The notes beneath the pieces were generated by a model. That model searched no databases, was not told the DNA's origin, and saw nothing but the letters and a program-made list of their open reading frames with translations. Shown piece after piece: positions 51,655 to 62,449 of a DNA stretch of 64,000 bases; position 1 is the first letter of the stretch, and each line of letters begins with the position of its first letter. Location of the stretch: positions 93,126,001-93,190,000 of the forward strand of contig NC_086097.1 in the NCBI RefSeq assembly GCF_963921235.1, in the 5' to 3' direction. This DNA comes from Mobula hypostoma. Taxonomy: Eukaryota. The position numbers were made by a program, and so were the translations under genes.

Positions 51655-52589
51655 GTCTGTTTGTGAGTGTGAATAATGTACATTTCCTCAATTACATGAT
51701 CTACAGGCCTCCCTTTGACAACTTCAAAGATAAAGAGTGATAAAAAAAAAAGTCACCTCATTTTTATATTTTCAAGAAATCCCTTAAAAGGACACATCCA
51801 CTCCACAACTGGCCTGTCAAGACACCTTAATATCTCACATGTTCAATCAAATTCCCACACATTTTTCTAAACTCCAGCAAAATCCTACAGGCCTTTATCT
51901 ACAGCCGACTTGGACCTTGGCCCTGATCTATAATCTAGGCCTGTACACAAGGACAACTTGTGACCTCAGGGCCTGACCTACAACCTCTCATAATCTAAGC
52001 ACCAATATGACAACCTCTGTCAACTACATGTCCCTATCGAGCACTCAGCACTCAGTTAAGCCTGGATGCCAGCCTTCGACCCTCCTTGAGCACTGGACAC
52101 CATCCATTGAGCTGAAGCCAGAGCACTGCTGTATCTTCCTCTGTAAGCACCCCAGTGAACCGACACACACAGCCCTCTGGTGTAGAGCACTCCAGAGATC
52201 CTCTTCTGAAAACCAATTCCTATGCACATTAGTTTTAAATGACAGCTCCCTCATCTATTTCCCAGACACTCCGTCCAATGGAAACATTGCAACACCTCCT
52301 CTGACCCGCCTCTTAAGGACCTTCCCACTTAACATCACTCAGCATCTCCAAAGAATACAGATTGGCAGTTTCAAGTCATTTCTGAAAGGATTCCCTCTCA
52401 TCCTAGGAATTAGCCCAGAGAATTGCTTCATTGCTTGTAAATCCTCTTCTTAAATAAGAAGAGCAAAACTGTATACAGTACTCCAGGAGTTACTGTCTCA
52501 CTGAATATCAAATACTCCCCCTTGCAGGGTAAACCAGACCTTGAGAACTGATAAAAGAACTGCTAACGAAGTCAAGAGAAACTTTTTAG

Positions 52590-53470
52590 AAACGTAGAAA
52601 CAGAAAACCTACAGCACAGTACAGGCCCTTCGGCCCACAAAGCTGTGTCGAACATGTCCTTACCTTAGAACTACCTAGGCTTTACCCATTGCCCTCTATT
52701 TTTCTAAGCTCCATGTACCCATCCAGGAGTCTCTTCAAAGACCCTATCGTATCCGCCTCCACCACCACCGCCACCGGCAGCCCATTCCACGCACTCACCA
52801 CTCTCTGTGTAAAAAAAATCTCTGTACCTACTTCCAAGCACTTAAAGCTATGCCCTCTCGTGCTAGCCATGTCAGCCCTGGGAAAAAGCCTCTGACTATC
52901 CACACGATCAATACCTCTCATTATCTTGGACTCCTATATCAGGTCACCTCTCATCCTCTGTCGCTCCAAGGAGAAAAGGCTGAGTTCACTCAACCCATTC
53001 TCATAAGGCATGCTCCCCAATCCAGGCAACATCCTTGTAAATCTCCTCTGCACACTATCTATGGTCTCCACATCCTTCCTGTAGTGAGGCGACCAGAATT
53101 GAGCACAGTACTCCAAGTGGGGCCTGACCAGGGTCCTATATAGCTACAACATTACCTCTCGGCTCTTAAACTCAATTTCATGGTTGATAAAGGCCAATGC
53201 ACCATATGCCTTCTTAACCACAGAGTCAACCTGCGTAGCAGCTTTAAGTGTCCTATGGACTCGGACCCCAAGATCCCTCTAATCCTTCACACTGCCAAGA
53301 GTCTTATCATTAATGCTATATTCTGTCATCACATTTGAACTATCAAAATGAACCACTTCACACTTATCTGGGTCGAACTCCATCTGCCACTTCTCAGCCC
53401 AGTTTTGCATCCTATCAATGTCCCACTGTAACCTCTGACAGCCCTCCACACTATCCACAACACCCCCAAA
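52590..53470 (-). mobile_element. CR1 3' fragment (another subfamily)
   Basis: WAEKWQMEF, EYCAQFWSPHYRKD, FFTQRVVSAWNGLP. Confidence 0.92.
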
Positions 53471-55074
53471 CAAGGGAAAGGTCAAGTAGCAAAATGGGCA
53501 TGAGGTAATTGGAGATGGAGACACTCAGCGGAACAGAATAGTCAAGAGCCAGACAGCAATAAATATTTATCAGCCACCCACCAAGCAAACAGCACTAATC
53601 AATAAATAGAATTGCAAGAATGAAAGGTCTGCTTCATCTTTCTGTTGTCTGGGCTGTAATTATGCCCTTCAGATTTATTGACAAAGTATGACAGTAGAGA
53701 AACTGCTTCTGGATGAGTTGTGAGTGTTCTCCATTTGTGAGATTTCAATAGTCAATGGAGGCTTCGCAGCAAAATGGTTCTGGTTCACCTCTGAACCAAA
53801 AATCTCTGTCACTCCACCCCTTAGGCAAGTGATTGAAGTTCAAATCTCACCTGTGTGGTCAGAATAAAGATGGCACCGTGGGTGCTTCTTCGAGTTCATC
53901 TGCAGAATCACCTTAAATTCCTCTTTTTAATTTCTCTTTTTTCCTTTTCAAGCTGGCTGGGGTTCTATCAAGGTCCTAGATCTGCAACGCCAGTCAAAAC
54001 TGCACTTTTTCACGGAGGTGAGTTCTTGCTCCTGGAGCTCGCTGGTCGGCCATTTTACGACATTCTCCAGGCACGGCTTGGAAGATGGCGCTTCTGGGTG
54101 TGCCCTGTGGATGATCTGTTCAAGGCTGCTGTTGCGACTGAGGCATTGCCGGAGAAAGAACATCAGGATTTGTGCGGTGGATGTGTGGACGGAGGTCTCT
54201 GTCGTCAAGAGATTGCATTCTCTCTCTCTCATTCTCACAATGGTGAGGAGAATTTGCTGCCAATTCTTGAGTCAGAGAATCTCGGAATAAAAAGCGATGC
54301 AGGAGACTGTAACACTGCAACAGTGACTGTTAACCTCCCCTTTCACTGTGAAATGGGTTTCATCTCTCTGTCCTTCGTTGGTGAGATAGAGAGAGGGAGA
54401 GAGAGCCTGTGGCACATTGAACTGTCAGGGAAACAATAGTTTATGTTGACTGCAGATCATAGTCTCTCTGGGTGCTTTGCTGTTGCTTGTTGGGTGGAGG
54501 GTGCTGAGGCTTTTAGCTGAAATGGGTTAGGGAGGGGAGGGGGAAGTTTGATGTGTTGATGCTTGATGTGGCTTACAGAGGGGGTGGGGGAAGAGGGCAT
54601 TAGGGTTCTAATATTTTCCTGTTGTTCGTTCCTTTGGGGTCCTTCTGTTTTTCAGGATGTCTGTGAAGACTAAATATTTTAGTTTGTATCCTGTATGCAT
54701 TCTCTGATTGTGAACGGAGCCATTTGAATTATTTATGTTGCTGGAGAAGTCAAAGTCAAGTCATTAATTAAATCTGGTATTGTTAAAAAACAGTCCAGCC
54801 TTATCAACAATTGGATTGTTGATACAAACCCATCTCATTGCTATAATCCTTCACAAAGGGACATCTGCCTCGTTACCTGGTCTGTGTGAATTTCCAGACC
54901 CACCAATGTGGTTGGACTCTCACCATCTCCTGAGACCCAGGTCAACTGGGATGGGCAGTAAATCCCAACGTTACATCAATGCCCAATGACACAGTTTGTT
55001 TATGTGGAATCTGAATACAACCTGTATTGTGAACTAAAGTATGTTAAAGATCTGTCAGCGCTCCCCCAGAATCA

Positions 55075-55475
55075 TAAGATCGTGAGATAAAAATATACAG
55101 GAGCAGAAATAGATGATTTTTTTCAACCCTATTTTCCTGCCCTCCCCCCTTAACCCTTAGCAGCCAAGAACCTATTAAACTCTGCCTTAAATACACTGAA
55201 TGACTTGGCCTCCACAGCCATCTGTGGCAAAGATTTCTGCACATCTACCACCTTGTGGTTGAGACAATTCTTCTTCTTCTCAGTTTTAAAGGGACATCCC
55301 TTTATTCTGAGTCTTCCACTCTATCCATGGCTTTCAATATCCAACAGGCTTCTCACCCTTCGAGTACAATCCCAGAGACATCAAATGCTCCTCATAAATT
55401 AAGCCTTTTCATTCCTGGGTTCATCCTTGTGAACCTCCTTTGGACAACATCCTTCTTTGGATATGGGGCCCAAAA
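55075..55475 (-). mobile_element. Decayed CR1 3' fragment
   Basis: TCTGCCTTAAATACAC..TGACTTGGCCTCCACAGCC, shared with other CR1 3' ends. Confidence 0.8.
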
Positions 55476-56179
55476 AAGGCAGTAGCAATTATGAAGTAAG
55501 TGTGACCAAATACAGAAAGAGCTACAGCCCAGCAAGATTGCAAAGATCATCGAAGAGCAGATGGAGCTTTTTGGGGAATACTTGTTAATGCATTGTGAGA
55601 AAATTGGCTGCTATGTTTCATTTATCATAATGATGATTATGCTTCAAAAATAATTGATTTTGAAAGCACGAGAGAATGTCCTGAGGTTGTGAGAGTGCTA
55701 CAGAATATACATGTGTCTTTGTAATCTCATCTTCCCCGTCAAACCCCCCCCTTTCCCCCACTTTCCATTGGATGGCTCTGGTTTCACACTGTGTGAAGCT
55801 GAAGATGCAAAGTGTCAATCCTTTATCTCATTTGGTTAGCTTATTGAATTAGTGAAGCACATGAGAAGGCAAAGGAGGCATAATATACAAAACAATTAAA
55901 GATGATTAATGGCCATTCATAACTGGCTGCTCACTAAGGGAAAGGATAAAGGTAAGAGCGACAGTGTGGTTAGAACTTATAGTTAAAAATCAAACTGACC
56001 TTTACTCTCCTGTTTACCTGTTGAAGCAAATCATAAACATGTCAATATAGAGAGGTCATTTGACCCAGTATACAGTACACTTCGTGTCAACATGTCAATG
56101 CGGGGAGGACACTTGGCCTGGTGTGTGTCTTGCTTCAGCAGGTCAATATAGGGAGGTCCATGTGACTGTGGGTAAGTGA

Positions 56180-57070
56180 GTCAATACAGGGACACAATGT
56201 GACCCCGCATGCCTCGTGAGTGAACAGTCAATACGGGGAAACAACGTGGTCCCGCGTGCCTCGTGAGTGAACAGTCAGTACAGGGAAACAACGTGGTCCC
56301 GCGTGCCTCGTGAGTGAACAGTCAGTACAGGGAAACAACGTGGTCCCGCGTGCCTCGTGAGTGAGCAGTCAGTACAGGGAAACAACGTGGTCCCGCGTGC
56401 CTCATGAGTGAGCAGTCAGTACAGGGAAACAACGTGGTTCCACGTGCCTCGTGAGTGAACAGTCAATACAGGGAAACAACATGGTCCCGCGTGCCTCGTG
56501 AGTAAGCAGTCAATACGGGGAAGCAACGTGGCCCCGCATGCCTCGTGAGTGAACAGTCAATACAGGGAAACAACGTGGTCCCACGTGCCTCGTGAGTGAA
56601 CAGTCAATACGGGGAAACAACATGGTCCCGCGTGCCTCGTGAGTAAGCAGTCAATGCGGGGAAACAACGTGGTCCCGCGTGCCTCGTGAGTGAACAGTCA
56701 ATACGGGGAAGCCACGTGGCCCCGCATGCCTCTCAGGTCAATACAGGGAAACAACATGGTCCCGCGTGCCTCGTGAGTGAACAGTCAATGCGGGGAAACA
56801 ACGTGGTCCCCGTGCCTCGTGAGTGAACAGTCAATACGGGGAAACAACGTGGTCCCGCGTGCCTCGTGAGTGAGCAGTCAATACAGGGAAACAACATGGT
56901 CCCACGTGCCTCATGAGTAAGCAGTCAATACAGGGAAACAACGTGGCCCCACGTGCCTCGTGAGTGAACAGTCAATGCGGGGAAACAACGTGGCCCCGCG
57001 TGCCTCGTGAGTGAACAGTCAATGCGGGGAAACAATGTGGCCCCGCGTGCCTCTCAGATCAATACGGGAA
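56180..57070 (+). repeat. 47-bp minisatellite, about 19 units, CpG-rich
   Basis: Unit GTGCCTCGTGAGTGAACAGTCAATACGGGGAAACAACGTGGTCCCGC (successive starts at 56256 and 56303); diverged units upstream to about 56040. Confidence 0.95.
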
Positions 57071-57089
57071 GCCTGCCCGGCCCCGTGGC

Positions 57090-58942
57090 AGCATTTTGTT
57101 CTGTGTGTGAGATGTGGGAGTTCTAAGAGACCTCCAGCCTCCCGGATAACCACATTTGCCCCAGGTGCATCGACCAGCAGCTCCTCAGAGAATGTGTTAA
57201 GGATCCGGAGCCACAGCACAATGACGTTTGGTTCATTTCGAAAACAGGAGCAACAGGAAGGTGCTCCCCCCTGGTTGCAGGAGACAGATAACGGGGTGAC
57301 TGTCAGGAGAAGGAAGGCAAATGGGCAGCCAGTGCAGAGTACACCTGTGGCTGTTCCCCTCAATAGTAAGTGTACCACTTTGGAATCTGGTGAGGGGACA
57401 ACCTACCAGGGCAGGCTGCAGCAATGGGGTCTCAGGCACTGTGGCTCAGAAGAGAGCAGAGATGGAGAGGACTGCAGTGGTGATAGGAGATTCTATAGTC
57501 AGAGAAATAGAGGTGAGATTCTGTGGACAAGGTAGAGACACTTGGATGGTGTGTTGTCTCCCAGGTGCTAGGGTCAGGAATGTCTCAGATAGGGTCTGCA
57601 GCATTCTAAAGGGTGGGGGGGAGCAGCCAGAAGTCTTGGTACCTATTGGTACTGATGACATAGGGAGGAAAAGTGAGAAGGTCCTGAACGGAGATTTTGT
57701 GGAGTTAGGTGCTAATGCTGATGCTAAAAAGTGAGACCTCCAGGGTAGTAATCTCCAGACTGCTGCCCATGCCATGCGCCAGTGAGGGCAAGAATATGAT
57801 GATTTGGCAGATAAACTGGTGCAGGGAGCAGGGTTTCAGATTTATCGATTATTGGGATCTCATCTGAGGCTGGTACAACCTGTACAAAAGGAACAGGTTA
57901 CATCTGAACCAAAGGGGGACCAATACCCTTGCGGGCAGGTTTGCTAGAGCTGTTCGGGAGGATTTAAAGTAGTTTGGCAAGGGGATGGGAACCAGAATGA
58001 TAGTGCTGAGGATGAGGTAGTTGGTTTACAAACAAAGGCAATGTGTAGCTCGTGATTGAGCTACCCCACTAGGGGATCAGCTATTCTGGATTGGGTGTTG
58101 TGCAATGAACCGGAGTTAATAAGCTCAAAGTAGAACTTTCAGGGGAAGTGATCACAATATGATAGAATTCACCATGCAATTTGAGAAGGAAAAGCTAAAA
58201 GTCAGATATATTGCTATTACAGTGGAGTAAATTGGAATTACAGAGGTATGAGAGAGTTGCTTGCCAATACTGATTTGAAGGGAATGCTAGCTGGGATGGG
58301 CAGAGCAGTGAAGGCTTGGATTTCTGGGAGTTATTCAGAAGATGCAGGATTACATCCTAACTAAGAAGTTGTTTTCTAAAGGCAGGATGATGCAACCATA
58401 AGTGGCAAGAGAATTCAAAGCCAACATAAAAACCAAAGGGAGGGCATATAATAGAGAAAAAATTAGTGGGAAGTTAGAGGATTGGGAAACTTTTAAAAAC
58501 TAACAGAAGGCAACTATAAAAGTCATTAAGAAGGAAAAGACAGAATATGAAAGTAAGCTAGACAATGATATTGAAGAGGCTGATCGGCAGGTGGCAAAGA
58601 GTGGTAATAAGGAGAGCCTTTTCTGCTTGGCTGCTGGTGACCAATGGTGTTCCACAGGGGTCTGTGTTGGGACCGTTTCTTTTTACGTTATGTGTCAATG
58701 ATTTGGACGATGAAACTGATGGCTTTGTGGCCAGGTTTCTGGATGATACAAAGATAGGTGGAGGGGCAGGTAGTTTTGACGAAGCTGAGAGGATACGGAA
58801 GGACTTAGAATGATTAGGAGAGCAGAGAAAGAAGTGGCAGATGAAATAGTGTCCGGAAGTGTATGTTTATGCATTCTACTTTGGTAGAAGAAATATAAGC
58901 ATCAACTATTTTCTAAAAGGAGAGAAAATTTAAAAATCTGAG
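57090..58942 (+). mobile_element. Decayed, internally deleted CR1 (ORF1 plus pieces of ORF2)
   Basis: AVVIGDSIVRE, CLPGARV, IGTDD; GVPQGSVLGP, FLDD. Confidence 0.9.
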
Positions 58943-59540
58943 AAATAAATTCCTCCTCATTTCTGTTCTAAAGTGATGACCTTGTATTCTGAGGTTGTAC
59001 CCTAGACCACCCCACTATAGGAAATATCCTCTCTATCCACTATATCCAGGCCTTTCAATATTCAATAGGTTTCAAAGAGATCGCTCCGCATTCCTCTAAA
59101 CTCCAGTCAAACATTAACACTTTCATTCCCAGAATCATTCTTGTTAACTCAGATAAGGGGCCCAAAACTGTTAATAATACTCCAAGTGCAGCCTGACCAA
59201 TGCCTTATAAATCATCAGCATTACATCCTTGCTTTTATATTCCAGTTCTCTCAAATGATTGAATTTGCCTACTTCACCACTGACTCAGCCTGCAAGTTAA
59301 CCTTTAGGAATCCTGCAAAAGACTCCAAGTCCCTTTGCACCTCTGATTTCTGAATGTGCTCCCCATTTAGAAAATAGTCTATGTCTTTATTCCTTCTACC
59401 AAAGTGTATGACCATACACTTCCCTGCACTGTATTCCATCTCAAACACGAGGAATTCTGCAGATGCTGGAAATTCAAGCAACACGCATCAAAGTTGCTGG
59501 TGAACGCAGCAGGCCAGGCAGCATCTCTAGGAAGAGGTAC

Positions 59541-59576
59541 AGTCGACGTTTCGGGCCGAGATCCTTCATCAGGACT
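59541..59576 (-). ncRNA. Minimal type-I hammerhead ribozyme
   Basis: AGTC-CTGATGA-A-GGAT CTCG GCCC-GAAAC-GTC-GACT; intact core, one stem II mismatch. Confidence 0.8.
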
Positions 59577-60025
59577 AACGGAAGGAAGAGCTAGTAAGAG
59601 ATTTGAAAGTGGGAGGGGGAGGGGGAGATCCAAAATGATAGGAGAAGACAGGAGGGGGAGGGATGGAGCCAAGAGCTGGACAAGACCCCACCTCCCCCTC
59701 GTATCTAACTTCCGCTAATGCCCCACCTCCCCCTTGTACCCCGTCCATTATTTATTTATATACACACATTCTTTCTCTCTCTCTCTCTCTCTCCTTTTTC
59801 TCCCTCTGTCCCTCTCACTATACCCCTTGCCCATCCTCTGGGTTTTCCCTTCCTCCCCCTTTTCTTTCTCCCTAGGCCTCCTGTCCCATGATCCTCTCAT
59901 ATCCCTTTTGCCAATCACCTGCCCAGCTCTTGGCTCCATCCCTCCCCCCTCCTGTCTTCTCCTATCATTTTGGATCCCCCCTCCCCCTTCCACTTTCAAA
60001 TCTCTTACTAGCTCTTCTTTCAGTT

Positions 60026-60061
60026 AGTCCTGACGAAGGGTCTCGGCCCGAAACGTAGACT
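60026..60061 (+). ncRNA. Minimal type-I hammerhead ribozyme
   Basis: AGTC-CTGACGA-A-GGGT CTCG GCCC-GAAAC-GTA-GACT; intact core, palindromic ACGT stem III, predicted cut after 60057. Confidence 0.85.
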
Positions 60062-61664
60062 GTACCTCTTCCTAGAGATGCTGCCTGGCCTGCTGCGTTC
60101 ACCAGCAACTTTGATGTGTGTTGCCTGTATTCAATCTGTCAGCTCTTTATCCGTTCTCTCAACCTGTCCAAGTCCTTCTGCAAATTTCTTGTTTCCTCAA
60201 CACCACCTGTCCTTCCACCTATCATTGTATCATCTGTAAAAATGGCAACAAAGCCATCAATTCCATCATCAAATCTTTGACATATAACATGAAAGGAAAC
60301 GATTCCAACACCGACCCCTGCAGAACACTGACAGCCAACTAGAAAAGGCCCTCTTTATTCCCGCTGTTCACCTCCTGCCAGTCAGTCAATCTTCTATATA
60401 TGGTAGTACCTCTCCCGTAATGCCATGGGCTCATTTTGCTTCCAAGCCCTTTCCCAAGAATAACCAGTGAGATTAATGGGATATCTGATCCCTTGCCTGA
60501 ATTCAGGAAGTCATTCCTCAGCTTAACGTTAGGAACTTCCCAGAAACCTGGGTGCACTCCACAGGAATGAACTAACTGATTTGTGCCTCCATTCCCAACC
60601 CAGGTTTGATAGTGCACATGGAAAGTCCAAATTTGTTATCACTTACAGCAGCTAAATACTGTAATCCAGGGGCTCCCAACCTTTCTTATGCCAAGGACCA
60701 ATACCATTAATCAAGGTATCCATGGATCCCAGATTGGAACCCTTGCTATAGCCAAATGTCCAAATGTCTCATGTCCCATTGCAAAGGCTACACCTCCCAC
60801 AGAGAAGCCCTGGAATATCACCTTATATTTGGTGCTCGTGCCTTCTGAATGACTGTTGTGATCCTCAGTCAGGGAAGTGACTGACTCAGTGTTGACCATT
60901 AGAACTCACACTAAAGCCTTTATTATTTCCATTTCAACTTCATAATTAAAATAGAGAAATCTCAGGGAGAAATAATTTCACCTAGTTATCTATTTATGTC
61001 GTTTCCTTTTATATAAGGACAGTTGAATACCTGTCACAAAGCTGCCAAGAGTTGTCTGCAGGGCTATACAATCATCATATAAAATACACAAGGTCTGTTG
61101 TAATCTTCACATGGACACAGCTGTCTGGTTCCTCTCTCCTGTACATGTAAGTAGCTATAGTCCAAGTTCACCAAGTGAGCCTTTGCCTTACTGAGCTCAT
61201 AATACCTCATGTAAACCAGCTGTGGTCGTCTACGAGATTTTGGTGCACTAGCATTTTTGTCTCAGCTAAGAATCAACACCACCATATTGTGAGCTGGAAG
61301 ATGAAGAAGAGAGAACAGTCAGAGCTCACAGACTGTGAATTGTTTTATCTTCTGCCCACTCCCTCCTCCCCCTAATCAACAGTGCACTTGCAAAGGTATA
61401 AAAATGACCTGCTAAACACCAGAACTGCCCTTTGCAAATGGCAGTTGAGGGCTGGTCCAATGTTGCATCGAAAACAACTACACCTCTGATAAGGTGAGCA
61501 GACAAATTTATGCTCAACTCTCTGGAGTGACCCTTGTGGTCTGTGAGCTCCCTTCAGTCAGTGAGCTAGTATTGAACATTAAAGTTGTTTCCAATATACA
61601 GTAAATGTAATACTAACCATAATGTTATATTTAGTCGGTTGTCATTCAGTCCTGTGCTGACTTT

Positions 61665-62290
61665 CTGAAGGAACTAACCAGGACACACAACACCTCCTCA
61701 CAAGTCAAGAAAGCACAGCAGCGCCTATAATTTCTGAGGAGACTGAGGTGTACAAGGCTCCCCACCTCCATTGTACCAACTTTCTACAGAAGCACCATCA
61801 AGAGTGTCCTGTCTAGCTGCATCATTGTGTGGTACGGAAGCTGCAAGGCATCGGACCGTAAGACCCTACAGAGGGCAGTAAAAACCACCCAGAGGATCAT
61901 CCGGGTTTCTCTCCCCACTGTTTTTGACATTTACCGGGTGCATTGCACACAAAGGGCCTGAGGTATTGCTGAGGATCCCTACCACCCACCCCACAATGTC
62001 TTTAATCCTCTACTGTCACGAGGCATCAGGACTGGGACAGCCACACTGCATAGCAGCTTCTTCCCTCAGGCCGTGAGACTAACGAGTACCCTGTCACCAC
62101 CAAGGTCTCATCACTAGGACAAAGAGTTGTTTACTGTTTACCTATATTTTATTAACTGATTTGTTGTCATATTTTGGTGTATGTGCTGTGTGTGACAGTT
62201 GTTTTGCAAGTGAACAGTGGTCCCGAGGAACGTGGTTTTCTTTGGTTGTATATATGTACAGTCAGATGACAATAATCTTGAACTTGAAGT
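61665..62290 (+). mobile_element. Rex1/Babar 3' fragment
   Basis: KKAQQRL*FLRRLR...TNFYRSTIKSVLSSCIIVWYGSC; tail (CTTGAA)n. Confidence 0.85.
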
Positions 62291-62449
62291 TGAACTATTC
62301 AAGCCAATTGCCTTGTTAATTATCTCGAAGCCTTTATTTCATTTTCATTTAGTTCAACCTCCTGTTAAGTTTGTTACTGAATATGCTTTCCCACCCACTG
62401 GGACCACATCTACCAGATCAATGTGGAATTAGTCCTCCCCAGTGTCCCT

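Larger units (their letters stand above)
39479..51705 (-). mobile_element. Decayed Gypsy element of CsRn1-like clade, interrupted by two CR1s
   Basis: LTRs 39479-39695 and 47297-47460 plus about 51655-51705; PBS TGGTGACCC (tRNA-Trp type); G-rich PPT near 39700; gag CHCC-like CFYQAHFGRNAGKCPLPC; protease FLCDT; RT WVSPLRMVPMSDGSCRPC; RNase H FIDHKP and NAVADCL; no clear TSD. Confidence 0.88.
59442..60124. mobile_element. Non-coding PLE-derived fold-back element with two opposed hammerhead ribozymes
   Basis: Inverted arms about 59476-59682 and 59917-60124; 13-bp TSD CTGTATTC(C/A)ATCT (59429-59441, 60125-60137); same terminal repeat as PLE 31361-38073. Confidence 0.92.
58945..60440 (-). mobile_element. 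Decayed CR1 ORF2 fragment in the opposite orientation, interrupted by the PLE fold-back element
   Basis: MEYSAGKCMVIHFGRRNK; CR1 sequence resumes after 60125. Confidence 0.85.

Noticed and set aside
53855..54439. 194-aa ORF as a host gene
   Set aside because: GTG start and no recognisable domain; the region begins with AAGATGGC and ends in a LINE-like 3' UTR, so it is more likely an unclassified repeat.
56180..57070. CRISPR-like array
   Set aside because: Units are contiguous tandem copies with no unique spacers; no cas genes; vertebrate-type context.
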